A stretch of 64,000 bases of DNA from the NCBI GenBank assembly GCA_019745775.1, contig JAIESR010000020.1, positions 12,339 through 76,338 on the forward strand. Reading direction: 5' to 3'. A program made the position numbers and the translations under genes. The DNA is from Xanthobacteraceae bacterium (GTDB lineage: Bacteria > Pseudomonadota > Alphaproteobacteria > Rhizobiales > Xanthobacteraceae). Below the pieces are notes generated by a model that was not told where the DNA came from, searched no databases, and saw nothing but the letters and a program-made list of their open reading frames with translations. Positions 38,014-48,198 of this stretch are shown one piece after another; positions within the stretch are counted from its first letter, which is position 1; each line of letters begins with the position of its first letter.

Positions 38014-39621
38014 ATGCGCATTGCGGTGACTTTGTTCGTGGCGGTGGCGGCGGTCATCGCTGCCGTCTGGAGCTGGCTGGGGGCTTCGGTCGAAATGCCG
38101 CAGGCGCCGGCAGGGGCGCCCGGGCGGCTCGACTGCGTGTCCTACGCCCCGTTCCGCGGCGATCAGAACCCGCTTGGACCTGGCACCGTGGTCGAGCCGT
38201 GGCAGATCGAGCAGGACCTTGCGCAGCTCAAGCCGCTGACCAGTTGCATCCGCACCTATTCGATCGATCACGGGCTCGACAAGATTCCGGAGATCGCCAG
38301 GCGCCACGGCATGAAGGTGCTGCATGGATTGTGGCTGTCGAGTCTGCCGGAACTCAACCGCCGCCAGATCGCGACGACGATCGAACTGGCCAACAAATTT
38401 CCCGATGTGATTGAAGCGATCATCGTCGGCAACGAAGTGTTGCTGCGTGGCGAGATGTCGGCGCCGGAACTCGCACGCACCATCCGCGAGGTGAAGGCGA
38501 AAGTGCCGATGCGGGTGACCTATGCCGACGTCTGGGAATTCTGGCTTCGCCATCGCGACGTTGCGGCCGCGGTCGACTTCATCACCGTGCACATCCTGCC
38601 GTATTGGGAAGACCACCCGATCCCGGTCGATCAGGCGGCGCGCCACGTCGGTTTGATCCGCCAGCAGGTGGTCGAGGCGTTTCCCGACAAGGAAATCTTC
38701 CTCGGCGAGTTCGGCTGGCCGAGCGCGGGCCGGATGCGCGAGGGCGCGCTGCCGTCGCCGGTGAACGCGGCGCGGGTGCTCCAAGAGGTGGTGGCGCAGG
38801 GCAAGCGCGAGAACTATCGCGTCAACCTGATCGAAGCCTACGACCAGCCGTGGAAGCGGAAACTCGAAGGCACCGTCGGCGGCTACTGGGGGCTCTACGA
38901 TGCCTACGAGCGCAAGGCGAAATTCATCTGGGGCGCTCCGGTTTCCAACCATCCGCGCTGGCGCTGGCAGGCCGCCGGCGGCATTGCCTTTGCCGCACTG
39001 GTTTTCGCGGCTGCCATGGCCGCGTCATGGCGGCGACCATCGCCCCCGACGAGCGCCTGGGTCGCGGTGGCGATCACCGCGGCGGTGTCGGGCACGCTGA
39101 TCGGCTGGACGATCCGCAACATCCCGATCGAAAGCCTGTCGCTGATCGATTGGATCCGCTCGCTCTCCTGGGGGGCGGTTGCATTGGCCGCGCCTGTTGT
39201 CGGCGCGGTGGCGATCGTGACTGGCGTGCGGGTGCCAAATTTCGCGCATGTCGTCGGACGACGCGATGCCGTGCCGGGCGATCCGGTCGCTTTCGTGCTG
39301 GGCGCGCTATTGATCTTCCTGGTCGTGCTGGCGGTGCAGGGCGCGCTCGGGCTCGTATTCAATCCCCGCTACCGCGACTTCCCGTTCACGGCGCTCACCG
39401 GCGCGGTCGTTCCGTATGTCGCCTTGATGACGGCCGTGCCGACGCGCAGGGACATCCGAGCCAATGCGGAAACAGTGGCGGCCGCCGTGCTGGCGCTGTG
39501 CGCGGCCTACATTGCGCTCAGCGAAACCTTCGCCAACTGGCAGTCGCTGTGGTTCTGCGGTGGGCTCGCCGCCTTGGCGCTCAGTCTTTTGCCGGGGCGG
39601 GCCGCGCCAGGCTCACAATAA
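38014..39621 (+). CDS. ndvC: GH17-domain membrane protein (NdvC-type beta-glucan branching or transglycosylase)
   Basis: IVGNEVLL and GEFGWPSAG (GH17 catalytic motifs), followed by about 6 TM segments. The start is ATG 38014 (MRIAVTLFVAV) or 37987. Confidence 0.75.
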   Translation: MRIAVTLFVAVAAVIAAVWSWLGASVEMPQAPAGAPGRLDCVSYAPFRGDQNPLGPGTVVEPWQIEQDLAQLKPLTSCIRTYSIDHGLDKIPEIARRHGMKVLHGLWLSSLPELNRRQIATTIELANKFPDVIEAIIVGNEVLLRGEMSAPELARTIREVKAKVPMRVTYADVWEFWLRHRDVAAAVDFITVHILPYWEDHPIPVDQAARHVGLIRQQVVEAFPDKEIFLGEFGWPSAGRMREGALPSPVNAARVLQEVVAQGKRENYRVNLIEAYDQPWKRKLEGTVGGYWGLYDAYERKAKFIWGAPVSNHPRWRWQAAGGIAFAALVFAAAMAASWRRPSPPTSAWVAVAITAAVSGTLIGWTIRNIPIESLSLIDWIRSLSWGAVALAAPVVGAVAIVTGVRVPNFAHVVGRRDAVPGDPVAFVLGALLIFLVVLAVQGALGLVFNPRYRDFPFTALTGAVVPYVALMTAVPTRRDIRANAETVAAAVLALCAAYIALSETFANWQSLWFCGGLAALALSLLPGRAAPGSQ

Positions 39622-39958
39622 GCAGCGCCGCGGCAAGGCCCGCGAGGTCGGTGTTGTGCAGCACCAGCCCGAAGCCCGCGGCGGCAAGCGCGATCGTCAT
39701 CAGGAAGATCGACGGGCGGACGAGGTTGAGCGCGGCCGCGGCCAACGCTACCCATCCGAAGACGCTGTGATTGTAGAGAACGATCGCGGTCCGGAACGAC
39801 GTGCACAGCCAGCTCTGCAAACCGCCCTGGCAGCCGAGCGACACCGGCGCGTATTCGATCGCGAGATAGCGCAGATAAAGCGCCTCGCCGATCGCCAGGA
39901 AGGCGACGATCAGCAGCCAGTTGGTCTGGCGTGCGGTCGGAAAGAAGGTTGCCTGCAT
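39581..39958 (-). CDS. Hypothetical 4-TM membrane protein
   Basis: 125 aa, hydrophobic, with a Cys pair GCQGGLQSWLC in a loop. Its 3' end overlaps the convergent ndvC-like gene by 41 nt. Confidence 0.45.
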   Translation of the reverse strand: MQATFFPTARQTNWLLIVAFLAIGEALYLRYLAIEYAPVSLGCQGGLQSWLCTSFRTAIVLYNHSVFGWVALAAAALNLVRPSIFLMTIALAAAGFGLVLHNTDLAGLAAALLIVSLARPAPAKD

Positions 39959-40010
39959 CGACGAGGACTATGGCCGCCCAAGCCGCGATGAGCAATCCGT
40001 GCCGCGTCCG

Positions 40011-40862
40011 CTAGGGGGCGCGCACCAGGGGCCGGTTCTTGGCGCCCTGCCGGCGCGGCGGCTCGCCATGCAGCGCCAGCGGCTGGCCTTCGAACGTGAC
40101 CAGGCGGCAGTAGCGCTTGGCGGCGGCAAGCGTCGTGCAGATACGGCTTGCGATCTCGACGTCGTTCAGCGGGCCCGCGACGAGCCGCAACTCGGCGGTG
40201 CGCGACTTGTTGTTCTCGCGCACGGCGACGATCGGGTGCAGCCCGTCGAACAGGCCGAAATGGTTGCTGGTGATCGTGTTCCAGAGGGTGCGCAGCCCGT
40301 CGAAATCCTTGGCGCCGCCGACATCGACGCCGGCCGCAGGCCGCCCCGGGATTGCCTCGAGGTCGGGAACGGCGGCGGGCGGCGGCGCCGTCGTCCGGTT
40401 CGGCGGCTCTGCCGCCAGTGGCGTTGCCGGCGCAGCGGGTACCGCTGTTTGCGGAGGCACCGAGGCGATCTTCGGCGGCACTTCGCCGGCCAGCGACGGC
40501 GGCGGCGAGGGTGGCGCAGCAGGAGGCGTCGCGGCGGCCTGCTTGTTAATCGACCCGGTGACATCTTCGAGGCCGCGTTCGATGGTCGCGAGGCGCGCCA
40601 GCAGACGTTCGCGATCGCCGGCGAGCGAGCGCACGATCTCGGTGAGGCGGCGCGTGTCGCCTTCGTTGGCGACCAGGCGCGCCAGTTGGGCAGCCTGCAA
40701 CGCTTCCGCCTTGGCGGCTTCGGCCGCCCGGGTTCCGTTGATGCCCGCGAATGCGTTCGACAATCGCTCGCGTCCGCTGCCGGAATTCGCCGCGATCACG
40801 ACGAACAGCAGGGCGGCCGTTGCCGCCACCCCCCATCCTGCCAGCCGCATCAGTCCCTGCAT
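40011..40862 (-). CDS. Membrane-anchored protein with a coiled-coil, a Pro-rich linker and a C-terminal SPOR-like domain
   Basis: N-terminal TM and a PPAAPPSPPPS linker. The C-terminus AELRLVAGPLNDVEIASRICTTLAAAKRYCRLV fits the SPOR pattern. Confidence 0.65.
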   Translation of the reverse strand: MQGLMRLAGWGVAATAALLFVVIAANSGSGRERLSNAFAGINGTRAAEAAKAEALQAAQLARLVANEGDTRRLTEIVRSLAGDRERLLARLATIERGLEDVTGSINKQAAATPPAAPPSPPPSLAGEVPPKIASVPPQTAVPAAPATPLAAEPPNRTTAPPPAAVPDLEAIPGRPAAGVDVGGAKDFDGLRTLWNTITSNHFGLFDGLHPIVAVRENNKSRTAELRLVAGPLNDVEIASRICTTLAAAKRYCRLVTFEGQPLALHGEPPRRQGAKNRPLVRAP

Positions 40863-41046
40863 GTGCGATGCTCGCCGCTGGTGCCGAAATGCCCGCGAAT
40901 CAGCCCATTGAAAACATTAGCAGAATCCGATCAATCTCGCTGCTGGATTCATGCTTGCTGCGGACAATCCGCCTTTTTCGCTGCATCTTGCTCCGATAAG
41001 ACGGCGCCGGACCGCAACACTTGGGACGCAACATTCGGGAGTCGCG

Positions 41047-42411
41047 ATGGTCGAGCGGACATGCCTTGCGATCGTGCTCGCTGCCGGCGAGGGCACCCGC
41101 ATGCGTTCGGCGCGCCCGAAGGTGCTGCACGAGATCGCGAAGCAGTCGCTGCTCGCGCATGTACTGGCGGCGGTGCGCCAGGCCGGTGGTTCGGCGGTCG
41201 CGGTCGTCGTCGGCCCCGATGCCAGCGCCGTGAGCGCCGAAGCGGCGCGCAACGCGCCCGGCGCCGAGATTTTCGTCCAGAACGAGCGGCGTGGCACCGC
41301 CCATGCCGTGCTGGCGGCAGAGCAAGCGCTCGCGCGCAACGCCGACGATACCCTCATCATCTTTGGCGACACGCCGCTGATCCGTCCGGAAATACTGCGG
41401 CGGATGCGCGAAGCATTGGCGAAGGGAGCCGCCATCGCGGTGCTCGGCTTCCGTCCGAAGGATCCGTCAGGCTACGGACGGCTCGTGATGGAAGACGACG
41501 ACCTCGTCGCGATCCGCGAAGAGCTCGACGCGACGCCGGCGGAACGCAAGACCGATCTGTGCAACGGCGGGCTGATGGCGCTGGCCGGCAAGTCCGCCAT
41601 GACGATCCTGAAGCGGATCGGCAACGACAACCGCAAAGGCGAATTCTATCTGACCGATGCAGTCGCGATCGCGCGAGCGATGAAGCTCAAGGCGGTCGTG
41701 ATCGAGACCGAGGAGGATGACGTGCGCGGCATCAACACCAAGGCCCAGCTCGCGGAAACCGAAGCGGCGTTGCAGCAGCGCCTGCGCAAGGCGGCGATGG
41801 ATGCGGGCGTCACGCTGGTTGCTCCCGAAACCGTCTTTCTCGCGGCCGACACCAAATTCGGGCGCGACGTCACCGTCGAGCCGTATGTGGTGTTCGGCCC
41901 CGGCGTCACGGTCGAGGACAATGCGGTGATCCGCTCGTTCTCGCATCTCGACCATGCGCATGTGGGCAAGGGCGCGCTGGTCGGGCCGTACGCGCGGCTT
42001 CGTCCGGGCGCGAAGCTCGGCGCCGACGTGCATATCGGCAATTTCGTCGAGGTGAAGGAGGCGGTGATCGAAGACGGCGCCAAGGCCAACCACCTCGCCT
42101 ATATCGGTGACGCGCGTCTCGGCGCCGGATCGAACTTCGGCGCCGGCGCGATCGTGTGCAACTATGACGGAGCGGCCAAGCATCGCACCGACATCGGCAA
42201 GAACGCCTTCATCGGATCGAACGCGGCGCTGGTCGCGCCGGTGACGATCGGTGACGGGGCTTATGTGGCGACCGGATCGGTCATCACCCACAACGTTCCG
42301 GCGGACGCACTGGCGATCGCACGCGAACGGCAGGTGGTTAAGGAAGAGGGTGCGTCGCGCATCCGGGCGATCAAGGCGGCCGCCAAAGCCAAGGCCGGCG
42401 CGGCGGAATAG
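41047..42411 (+). CDS. glmU: Bifunctional UDP-N-acetylglucosamine pyrophosphorylase / GlcN-1-P N-acetyltransferase
   Basis: [21 protein letters not shown] and C-terminal left-handed beta-helix hexapeptide repeats. Confidence 0.95.
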   Translation: MVERTCLAIVLAAGEGTRMRSARPKVLHEIAKQSLLAHVLAAVRQAGGSAVAVVVGPDASAVSAEAARNAPGAEIFVQNERRGTAHAVLAAEQALARNADDTLIIFGDTPLIRPEILRRMREALAKGAAIAVLGFRPKDPSGYGRLVMEDDDLVAIREELDATPAERKTDLCNGGLMALAGKSAMTILKRIGNDNRKGEFYLTDAVAIARAMKLKAVVIETEEDDVRGINTKAQLAETEAALQQRLRKAAMDAGVTLVAPETVFLAADTKFGRDVTVEPYVVFGPGVTVEDNAVIRSFSHLDHAHVGKGALVGPYARLRPGAKLGADVHIGNFVEVKEAVIEDGAKANHLAYIGDARLGAGSNFGAGAIVCNYDGAAKHRTDIGKNAFIGSNAALVAPVTIGDGAYVATGSVITHNVPADALAIARERQVVKEEGASRIRAIKAAAKAKAGAAE

Positions 42412-42538
42412 CGCCGGAGCAGGGCATTAGCCTTAATTCGCGCACGATTGCAGGCACTTGCTGGCGACTTGCGCCGTTCATGCCGGGTATACAGTTCTGT
42501 CGTAATATCCCGGCTGGGCAAGGACAGGAATTCACTGG

Positions 42539-44365
42539 ATGTGCGGAATTGTCGGCATCCTCGGCCGTGAGCCGGTCGCGGTACAACTGGTCGATGCGCT
42601 CAAGCGTCTGGAGTATCGCGGCTACGATTCCGCCGGCGTCGCGACGCTCGAAGGCGGCCGCCTGACGCGCCGCCGCGCCGAAGGCAAGCTGCGCAACCTC
42701 GAAACCAAGCTGCACCGCGATCCGCTAAAAGGCACGATCGGCATCGGCCACACCCGTTGGGCGACCCATGGCAAGCCGTCGGAGAGCAACGCGCATCCGC
42801 ATGCCACCGACCGGCTGGCAGTCGTCCACAACGGCATCATCGAAAACTTCCGCGAGCTGCGCGAGGAACTGGAGAGGGACGGCGCCAAATTCGGATCGGA
42901 AACCGACACCGAGGTCGTCGCTCACCTCGTGACCCGCGAAATGCAGAACGGCCGCTCGCCCGCCGATGCGGTGCTGGCGGCACTGCCGCGGCTGCGCGGC
43001 GCGTTCGCGCTGGCGTTCCTGTTCGAGGGCGAAGAGAACCTGCTGATCGGTGCCCGCAAGGGGTCGCCGCTGGCGATCGGCTATGGCGACGGCGAGATGT
43101 ACCTCGGCTCGGACGCCATCGCACTGGCGCCGTTCACCGACACCGTCGCCTATCTCGAGGACGGCGACTCGGTCGTGATCTCCCGCGACAGCGTGGAGAT
43201 CCGCGACGCCGCCGGCTCGCACGTGCGCCGCGAGCTGCATAAGGCGCCGCCGTCGTCGTTCCTGGTCGACAAGGGCAACCATCGCCACTTCATGGCGAAG
43301 GAGATTTTCGAGCAGCCGGAGGTCGTCGGCCACACGCTGGCGCATTACCTCGATATGGCGACCGAGCGGGTCAACCTGCCCGTCAAGCTGCCGTTCGACT
43401 TCAACAAGCTCGACCGCATTTCGATCTCGGCCTGCGGCACCGCCTATTATGCGGGGCTGATCGCGAGATACTGGTTCGAGCGCTTCGCGCGCCTGCCGGT
43501 CGAAATCGACGTCGCGTCCGAATTTCGCTACCGCGAGGCGCCGCTGAGCGCTAACGGCCTAGCGATTTTCGTTTCGCAATCGGGCGAGACCGCCGACACG
43601 CTGGCGACGCTGCGCTATGCCAAGGCGCACAAGCAGCACATCATCTCGGTGGTCAACGTGCCGACCTCGACGATCGCGCGCGAAAGCGACGTGGTGCTGC
43701 CGACGCTCGCCGGTCCGGAGATCGGCGTCGCCTCGACCAAGGCGTTCACCTGCCAGCTGGCCGTGCTTGCCTCGCTCGCGATCGCGGCCGGCCGCGCGCG
43801 CGGCGTTCTCTCGACCGCCGACGAGCGCAAGCTGGTGCGCGCGCTGATCGAAGTGCCGCGCCTGATGGCGGAGGCCTTGAAGCTCGAACCGACGATCGAA
43901 CAGCTCGCTCGCGATCTTGCCAGGAGCCGGGACGTGCTCTATCTCGGCCGCGGCACCAGCTATCCGCTGGCGCTCGAGGGCGCGCTCAAGCTCAAGGAAA
44001 TTTCCTATATCCACGCCGAAGGCTATGCCGCCGGCGAGCTCAAGCACGGCCCCATTGCGCTGATCGACGAAACCATGCCGGTGATCGTGATCGCGCCGCA
44101 CGACCGCGTGTTCGAGAAGACCGTCTCCAACATGCAGGAGGTCGCGGCCCGCGGCGGCAAGATCATCCTGGTGACCGATCCGCAGGGCGCGCATGAAGCG
44201 CATGTCGAGTCGCTGGTGAAATTGGTGCTGCCGGAGATGCCGTCGACCGTAACGCCGCTGGTTTACGCGGTTCCCGCACAGCTGATCGCCTACCACACGG
44301 CTGTCGTGATGGGGACCGACGTTGACCAGCCACGCAACCTGGCCAAGTCGGTCACGGTTGAATAG
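42539..44365 (+). CDS. glmS: Glutamine--fructose-6-phosphate aminotransferase
   Basis: MCGIVGI N-terminal nucleophile, two SIS domains and the C-terminal ...DQPRNLAKSVTVE. Confidence 0.97.
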   Translation: MCGIVGILGREPVAVQLVDALKRLEYRGYDSAGVATLEGGRLTRRRAEGKLRNLETKLHRDPLKGTIGIGHTRWATHGKPSESNAHPHATDRLAVVHNGIIENFRELREELERDGAKFGSETDTEVVAHLVTREMQNGRSPADAVLAALPRLRGAFALAFLFEGEENLLIGARKGSPLAIGYGDGEMYLGSDAIALAPFTDTVAYLEDGDSVVISRDSVEIRDAAGSHVRRELHKAPPSSFLVDKGNHRHFMAKEIFEQPEVVGHTLAHYLDMATERVNLPVKLPFDFNKLDRISISACGTAYYAGLIARYWFERFARLPVEIDVASEFRYREAPLSANGLAIFVSQSGETADTLATLRYAKAHKQHIISVVNVPTSTIARESDVVLPTLAGPEIGVASTKAFTCQLAVLASLAIAAGRARGVLSTADERKLVRALIEVPRLMAEALKLEPTIEQLARDLARSRDVLYLGRGTSYPLALEGALKLKEISYIHAEGYAAGELKHGPIALIDETMPVIVIAPHDRVFEKTVSNMQEVAARGGKIILVTDPQGAHEAHVESLVKLVLPEMPSTVTPLVYAVPAQLIAYHTAVVMGTDVDQPRNLAKSVTVE

Positions 44366-44415
44366 CGCCGGCGAAACGCTTAAAGACGCCACATAGTAGG
44401 GCGTCACCTACAGGG

Positions 44416-45210
44416 ATGAGCAACACAGACCCCCATGCGCCGGCCGGCACCGGCGGCCAGACCGACCACGCTGAGGCGCATACCAGCGTCGTCAGCCGTA
44501 TCAGGACCTATTTTCTGACCGGCCTGATCCTGGTCGGCCCCGTCTACATCACACTGAGCCTGACCTGGTGGTTCATCAACTGGGTCGACGACGTCGTGCG
44601 ACCGTTCATGCCGGCCGCCATTCGCCTCGATACCTACCTGCCGTTCAATATACCGGGCTCCGGTCTGATCATTGCGTTCTCCACCTTGACGCTGCTCGGC
44701 TTCCTCACCGCCAATTTCGTCGGGCGCAAGCTGGTGGCGTTCGGCGAACAGATCCTCAATTTCACGCCGATCGTGCGTCCGATCTATCGTAGTCTCAAGC
44801 AGGTGTTCGAGACGCTGTTCTCGAAATCCGGATCGAGCTTCCGCCGGGTCGGCCTTGTCGAGTTTCCGGCGCCCGGCATGTGGTCTATTGTGTTCATGTC
44901 GCAGCCGCCGAGCCCGGATGTTGCGGATCGCCTGCCGGAGGCGGAGCACATCTCGGTGTTCCTGCCTTGTACCCCGAACCCGACCACAGGGTTCTTTTTC
45001 TATGTGCCGCGCCGCGACGTCATCGAGCTCGACATCACGGTCGAGACCGCGATGACCTTGGTGATATCGGCGGGCGTCGCGCAGCCGGGCGCAGGCGCGG
45101 CCGACCACCAGCGCAGCCTGGCGACGCTCGCCAATGCCGCGCGCGGCGTACGCGAGACGAAGTCGCCGTCGACATCACCGTCGGAGCGCCCAATCGCACC
45201 GGCGAAATAG
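44416..45210 (+). CDS. DUF502-family membrane protein
   Basis: GPVYITLSLTWWFINWVD, IPGSGLI and PIVRPIYRSLKQVFETLFS...GLVEFP match the DUF502 pattern. Confidence 0.75.
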   Translation: MSNTDPHAPAGTGGQTDHAEAHTSVVSRIRTYFLTGLILVGPVYITLSLTWWFINWVDDVVRPFMPAAIRLDTYLPFNIPGSGLIIAFSTLTLLGFLTANFVGRKLVAFGEQILNFTPIVRPIYRSLKQVFETLFSKSGSSFRRVGLVEFPAPGMWSIVFMSQPPSPDVADRLPEAEHISVFLPCTPNPTTGFFFYVPRRDVIELDITVETAMTLVISAGVAQPGAGAADHQRSLATLANAARGVRETKSPSTSPSERPIAPAK

Positions 45211-47316
45211 TCATCCCGCGCGGATCAGCCGGATCGCCTCGTCGCGACCGAATACATAGAGCAGGTGGCGCAGCGCCTCGCCGCGCTCGCTCGACAGCGT
45301 GGGATCGCGCGACAGCACAAGCTGGGCATCGTCGCGCGCCGTGCCGATCAGAATGCCGTGGGTCTCGATACGGGCGATGCGGAATCCCGGCACACCCGAT
45401 TGCCGCGTGCCGAGCACGTCGCCCTCGCCGCGCAGCCGCAAGTCTTCTTCCGCGATCCGGAAGCCGTCTTCGGTCTGGCGCATGATCTCGAGCCTCGCCT
45501 TTGCAGTTTCGCCGAGCGGCGCGCGGTAGAGCAGGAGGCAGGTCGAACGCTCGGCGCCGCGCCCGATGCGGCCGCGTAGCTGATGGAGTTGCGACAATCC
45601 GAAGCGCTCCGCGTGCTCGATCACCATGACGGTCGCCTCGGGCACGTCGACGCCGACCTCGATCACCGTTGTCGCGACGAGCAGGCGCGTCTCGCCGCCG
45701 GCGAAGCGCGCCATCGCGGCGTCCTTCTCGCTGCCTTTCATGCGGCCATGGACGAGATCGGTCCATTGGCCGAATTTGCGCTTGAGCTCGGCGAAGCGGT
45801 CTTCGGCCGCCGCGAGATCGGATTTTTCCGACTCTTCGACCAGCGGGCAGACCCAATAGACGCGGCGGCCTTCCGACAGCGCGCGGCCGATGGCTTCCGT
45901 CACTTCGTCGAGGCGCTCGATCGGCAGGGTGCGCGTGTCGATCGGCTGCCGGCCGGCGGGCTTCTCGCGCAGCTCGGAGATGTCCATGTCGCCGAAATAG
46001 GTCAGCACCAGCGTGCGCGGGATCGGGGTCGCCGTCATCACCAGCATGTCGACCGCTTCGCCCTTCTTGGCGAGCGCCAGGCGCTGGTGCACGCCGAAGC
46101 GATGCTGCTCGTCGACGATCGCAAGCCCCAGATCGCGGAATTCGACGTCGTCCTGGAACAGCGCATGGGTGCCGACCAGGATGTGGATGCCGCCGAGGCG
46201 GAGCCGTTGGAGCACGTCGGCGCGTTCGCGGCCGCGCTCGCGGCCGGTGAGGATCGCGACCTCGATGCCGGCCGCCGCGGCCAGCGGCGCGATGGTGGCG
46301 TGGTGCTGGCGCGCCAGGATTTCGGTCGGCGCCATCAGCGCCGCCTGCCGGCCGGCCTCGATGACGGTCGCGGCGGAGAGGAGCGCCACTACGGTCTTGC
46401 CGGAGCCGACATCGCCTTGCAGCAGCCGCAGCATCCTCTCGGGCTTGGCAAGGTCGTCCGCGATGTCCCTGATCGCGCCCGATTGCGAGTTCGTGAGCGA
46501 ATAGGGCAGCGCATCGATCAGCTGCTTGCGCAGCGCGCCGGTCCCGGGTGTCGCGCGGCCGGCGGGGCGGCGCAGATGTGCGCGCACCAGCGCCAGGGCA
46601 AGTTGCCCCGCGAGCAGTTCGTCATAGGCCAGCCGCTTCCAGGCGGCGCTCTTGGGGTCGATGTCAGCAGGCGAAGCCGGACGATGCAGCGTCTTCAACG
46701 CGTCGGCGAAGCTCGGATAGCGTTCGCGCGATACCCAGGGCAGGTCCTGCCACTCCGGCAAGTCGGGAATTCTTAGCAACGCGGCATCGACAGCCTTGCG
46801 CACCTGGTTGAGGCTCAGGCCCTCGGTCAGCGGGTAGACCGGCTCGACCAGCGGCAGCTTGGCGAGACCTTCCTCGTCGACCACGCGGTCGGGGTGCACC
46901 ATCTGCAGCATGTGGTCGTAGAGGCCGGTGGTGCCGGACACGTAGCGAAGTTCGCCGACCGGCAAAAGCTTCTCGAGATAATCGCGCCGCGCATTGAAGA
47001 AAGTGAGGATCAGGTCGCCGGTCTCGTCGCTGGCGTAGACCTGATACGGCACACGCGGCCGGTTCGGCGGCGAGGGGCGGTGCCGGTCGACGGTCACCGC
47101 CACGGTGACGACAGTGCCGGGAACGACGTCTTTCAGCTTCGGGCGCGCCCGCCGGTCGATGACGCCGGTGGGCAGGTGAAACAGCAGATCGATGATGCGC
47201 GCTTCTTGCTCGTCGCGGCCGAGCAGCCGGCGATAGAGCTTCTCGAGCTTAGGCCCCACGCCCGACAGCGTCGTCAGCGCGCCGAACAGGGGATTGAGCA
47301 GGTTGGGGCGCATCAA
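45211..47316 (-). CDS. recG: ATP-dependent DNA helicase RecG
   Basis: LQGDVGSGKT (Walker A), DEQHRFG (DEQH box), TATPIPRT and QLHQLRGRIGRG. Its stop abuts the DUF502 stop with a 0-nt gap. Confidence 0.95.
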   Translation of the reverse strand: MMRPNLLNPLFGALTTLSGVGPKLEKLYRRLLGRDEQEARIIDLLFHLPTGVIDRRARPKLKDVVPGTVVTVAVTVDRHRPSPPNRPRVPYQVYASDETGDLILTFFNARRDYLEKLLPVGELRYVSGTTGLYDHMLQMVHPDRVVDEEGLAKLPLVEPVYPLTEGLSLNQVRKAVDAALLRIPDLPEWQDLPWVSRERYPSFADALKTLHRPASPADIDPKSAAWKRLAYDELLAGQLALALVRAHLRRPAGRATPGTGALRKQLIDALPYSLTNSQSGAIRDIADDLAKPERMLRLLQGDVGSGKTVVALLSAATVIEAGRQAALMAPTEILARQHHATIAPLAAAAGIEVAILTGRERGRERADVLQRLRLGGIHILVGTHALFQDDVEFRDLGLAIVDEQHRFGVHQRLALAKKGEAVDMLVMTATPIPRTLVLTYFGDMDISELREKPAGRQPIDTRTLPIERLDEVTEAIGRALSEGRRVYWVCPLVEESEKSDLAAAEDRFAELKRKFGQWTDLVHGRMKGSEKDAAMARFAGGETRLLVATTVIEVGVDVPEATVMVIEHAERFGLSQLHQLRGRIGRGAERSTCLLLYRAPLGETAKARLEIMRQTEDGFRIAEEDLRLRGEGDVLGTRQSGVPGFRIARIETHGILIGTARDDAQLVLSRDPTLSSERGEALRHLLYVFGRDEAIRLIRAG

Positions 47317-47364
47317 TTGCGGCCTGACTCTCGATGTCGAAATGCGGACCGGGCGGCACGTTGC

Positions 47365-47500
47365 ACCTCCCCCTGAAAGGGGGAGGTCGATTGCAGTCGC
47401 GTAGCGACTGCAATCGGGTGGGGCTCATTCGCTCCGCAACGGGACCCCCACACTCTGCAAAGGAACCCCCACCCCAGCCCTCCCCCTTTCAGGGGGAGGG
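47365..47500. repeat. MITE/REP-like element with reverse-complementary terminal hairpins and a central 12-bp perfect hairpin
   Basis: The ends are cctccccc-tgaaa-gggggagg (47366-47386) and cctccccc-tttca-gggggagg (47479-47499). The central hairpin is gattgcagtcgc-gta-gcgactgcaatc (47389-47415). Confidence 0.65.
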
Positions 47501-47551
47501 GGTGCACCGAGCTTGCTGCGAACTCGTGCCCCAAGCCCATCGCAGCTACCT

Positions 47552-48028
47552 CTAAATGTTCGTCAGCCGCACGCCGCTGCGGCGGCCCGTGTCCTTGAAG
47601 TCGTCGTCGGTCTTGAGGCCCGCGGCGCGGATGCCGAAGGCCGCCAGTTCCTCGTCCTTGTCTTCGGTATCGCCGGTGACGCCGATAGCGCCGATGACGT
47701 CGCCGGCATCGTTACGAATCTGCAGCCCGCCGCCTTCCGGAAAGATCTGGTCGTCGGTCGCGGTGATCACGTAACGCATGAACAGCGGCCGCTCGTCGGC
47801 GCGGATCTTCACCAATTTGGACGAGCGCCCGAGCGCCAGCGCGGCATAGGCTTTGCCGAACGCCATCTCGAACCGGATCATCGAGGAGCCGTCCTCCTTC
47901 TGGAACGCCTTCACCTTGCAGCCGGGCTCGACCACCAGCACGCTGATCGGCCGGCACTGGACCTCGGCCGCGCGCTGGAGCACCGCCGCGATGATGCGGT
48001 TGGCCTGTTCGAGGGTGATAGCACTCAT
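47552..48028 (-). CDS. GlcG/HbpS-like (DUF336) protein
   Basis: ITLEQANRIIAAVL...FGKAYAALALG...GGLQIRNDAGDVIGAIGVTGD. Confidence 0.8.
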   Translation of the reverse strand: MSAITLEQANRIIAAVLQRAAEVQCRPISVLVVEPGCKVKAFQKEDGSSMIRFEMAFGKAYAALALGRSSKLVKIRADERPLFMRYVITATDDQIFPEGGGLQIRNDAGDVIGAIGVTGDTEDKDEELAAFGIRAAGLKTDDDFKDTGRRSGVRLTNI

Positions 48029-48128
48029 CTGGGAAACCTCCGGTTGATCGGCTGCGCGGTTTTGGCCCGGCGAAGCCGGCTATTCACGCACAAACTACCG
48101 CATGCTGCCTCATCGCAACAATTCGCCC

Positions 48129-48157
48129 CTGACAACGCGATCCCCGGCCGCTATAGA
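48129..48157 (+). promoter_or_regulatory. Candidate sigma-70-type promoter for sdhE-mfd
   Basis: CTGACA (48129-48134), a 17-nt spacer, then TATAGA (48152-48157). This matches the alphaproteobacterial CTTGAC-N17-CTATAT consensus. Confidence 0.4.
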
Positions 48158-48198
48158 ACGCCGCCCGGCCCGTCCGGGCTTTTGGCATTGAGGAACGG

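Noticed and set aside
42412-42538. A possible glmS ribozyme or riboswitch in the glmS leader, where a weak hairpin ccggg...cccgg lies at 42483-42513.
   Set aside because: The leader is only 127 nt and lacks the conserved glmS ribozyme core, which is a Gram-positive feature. The hairpin is short and bulged.
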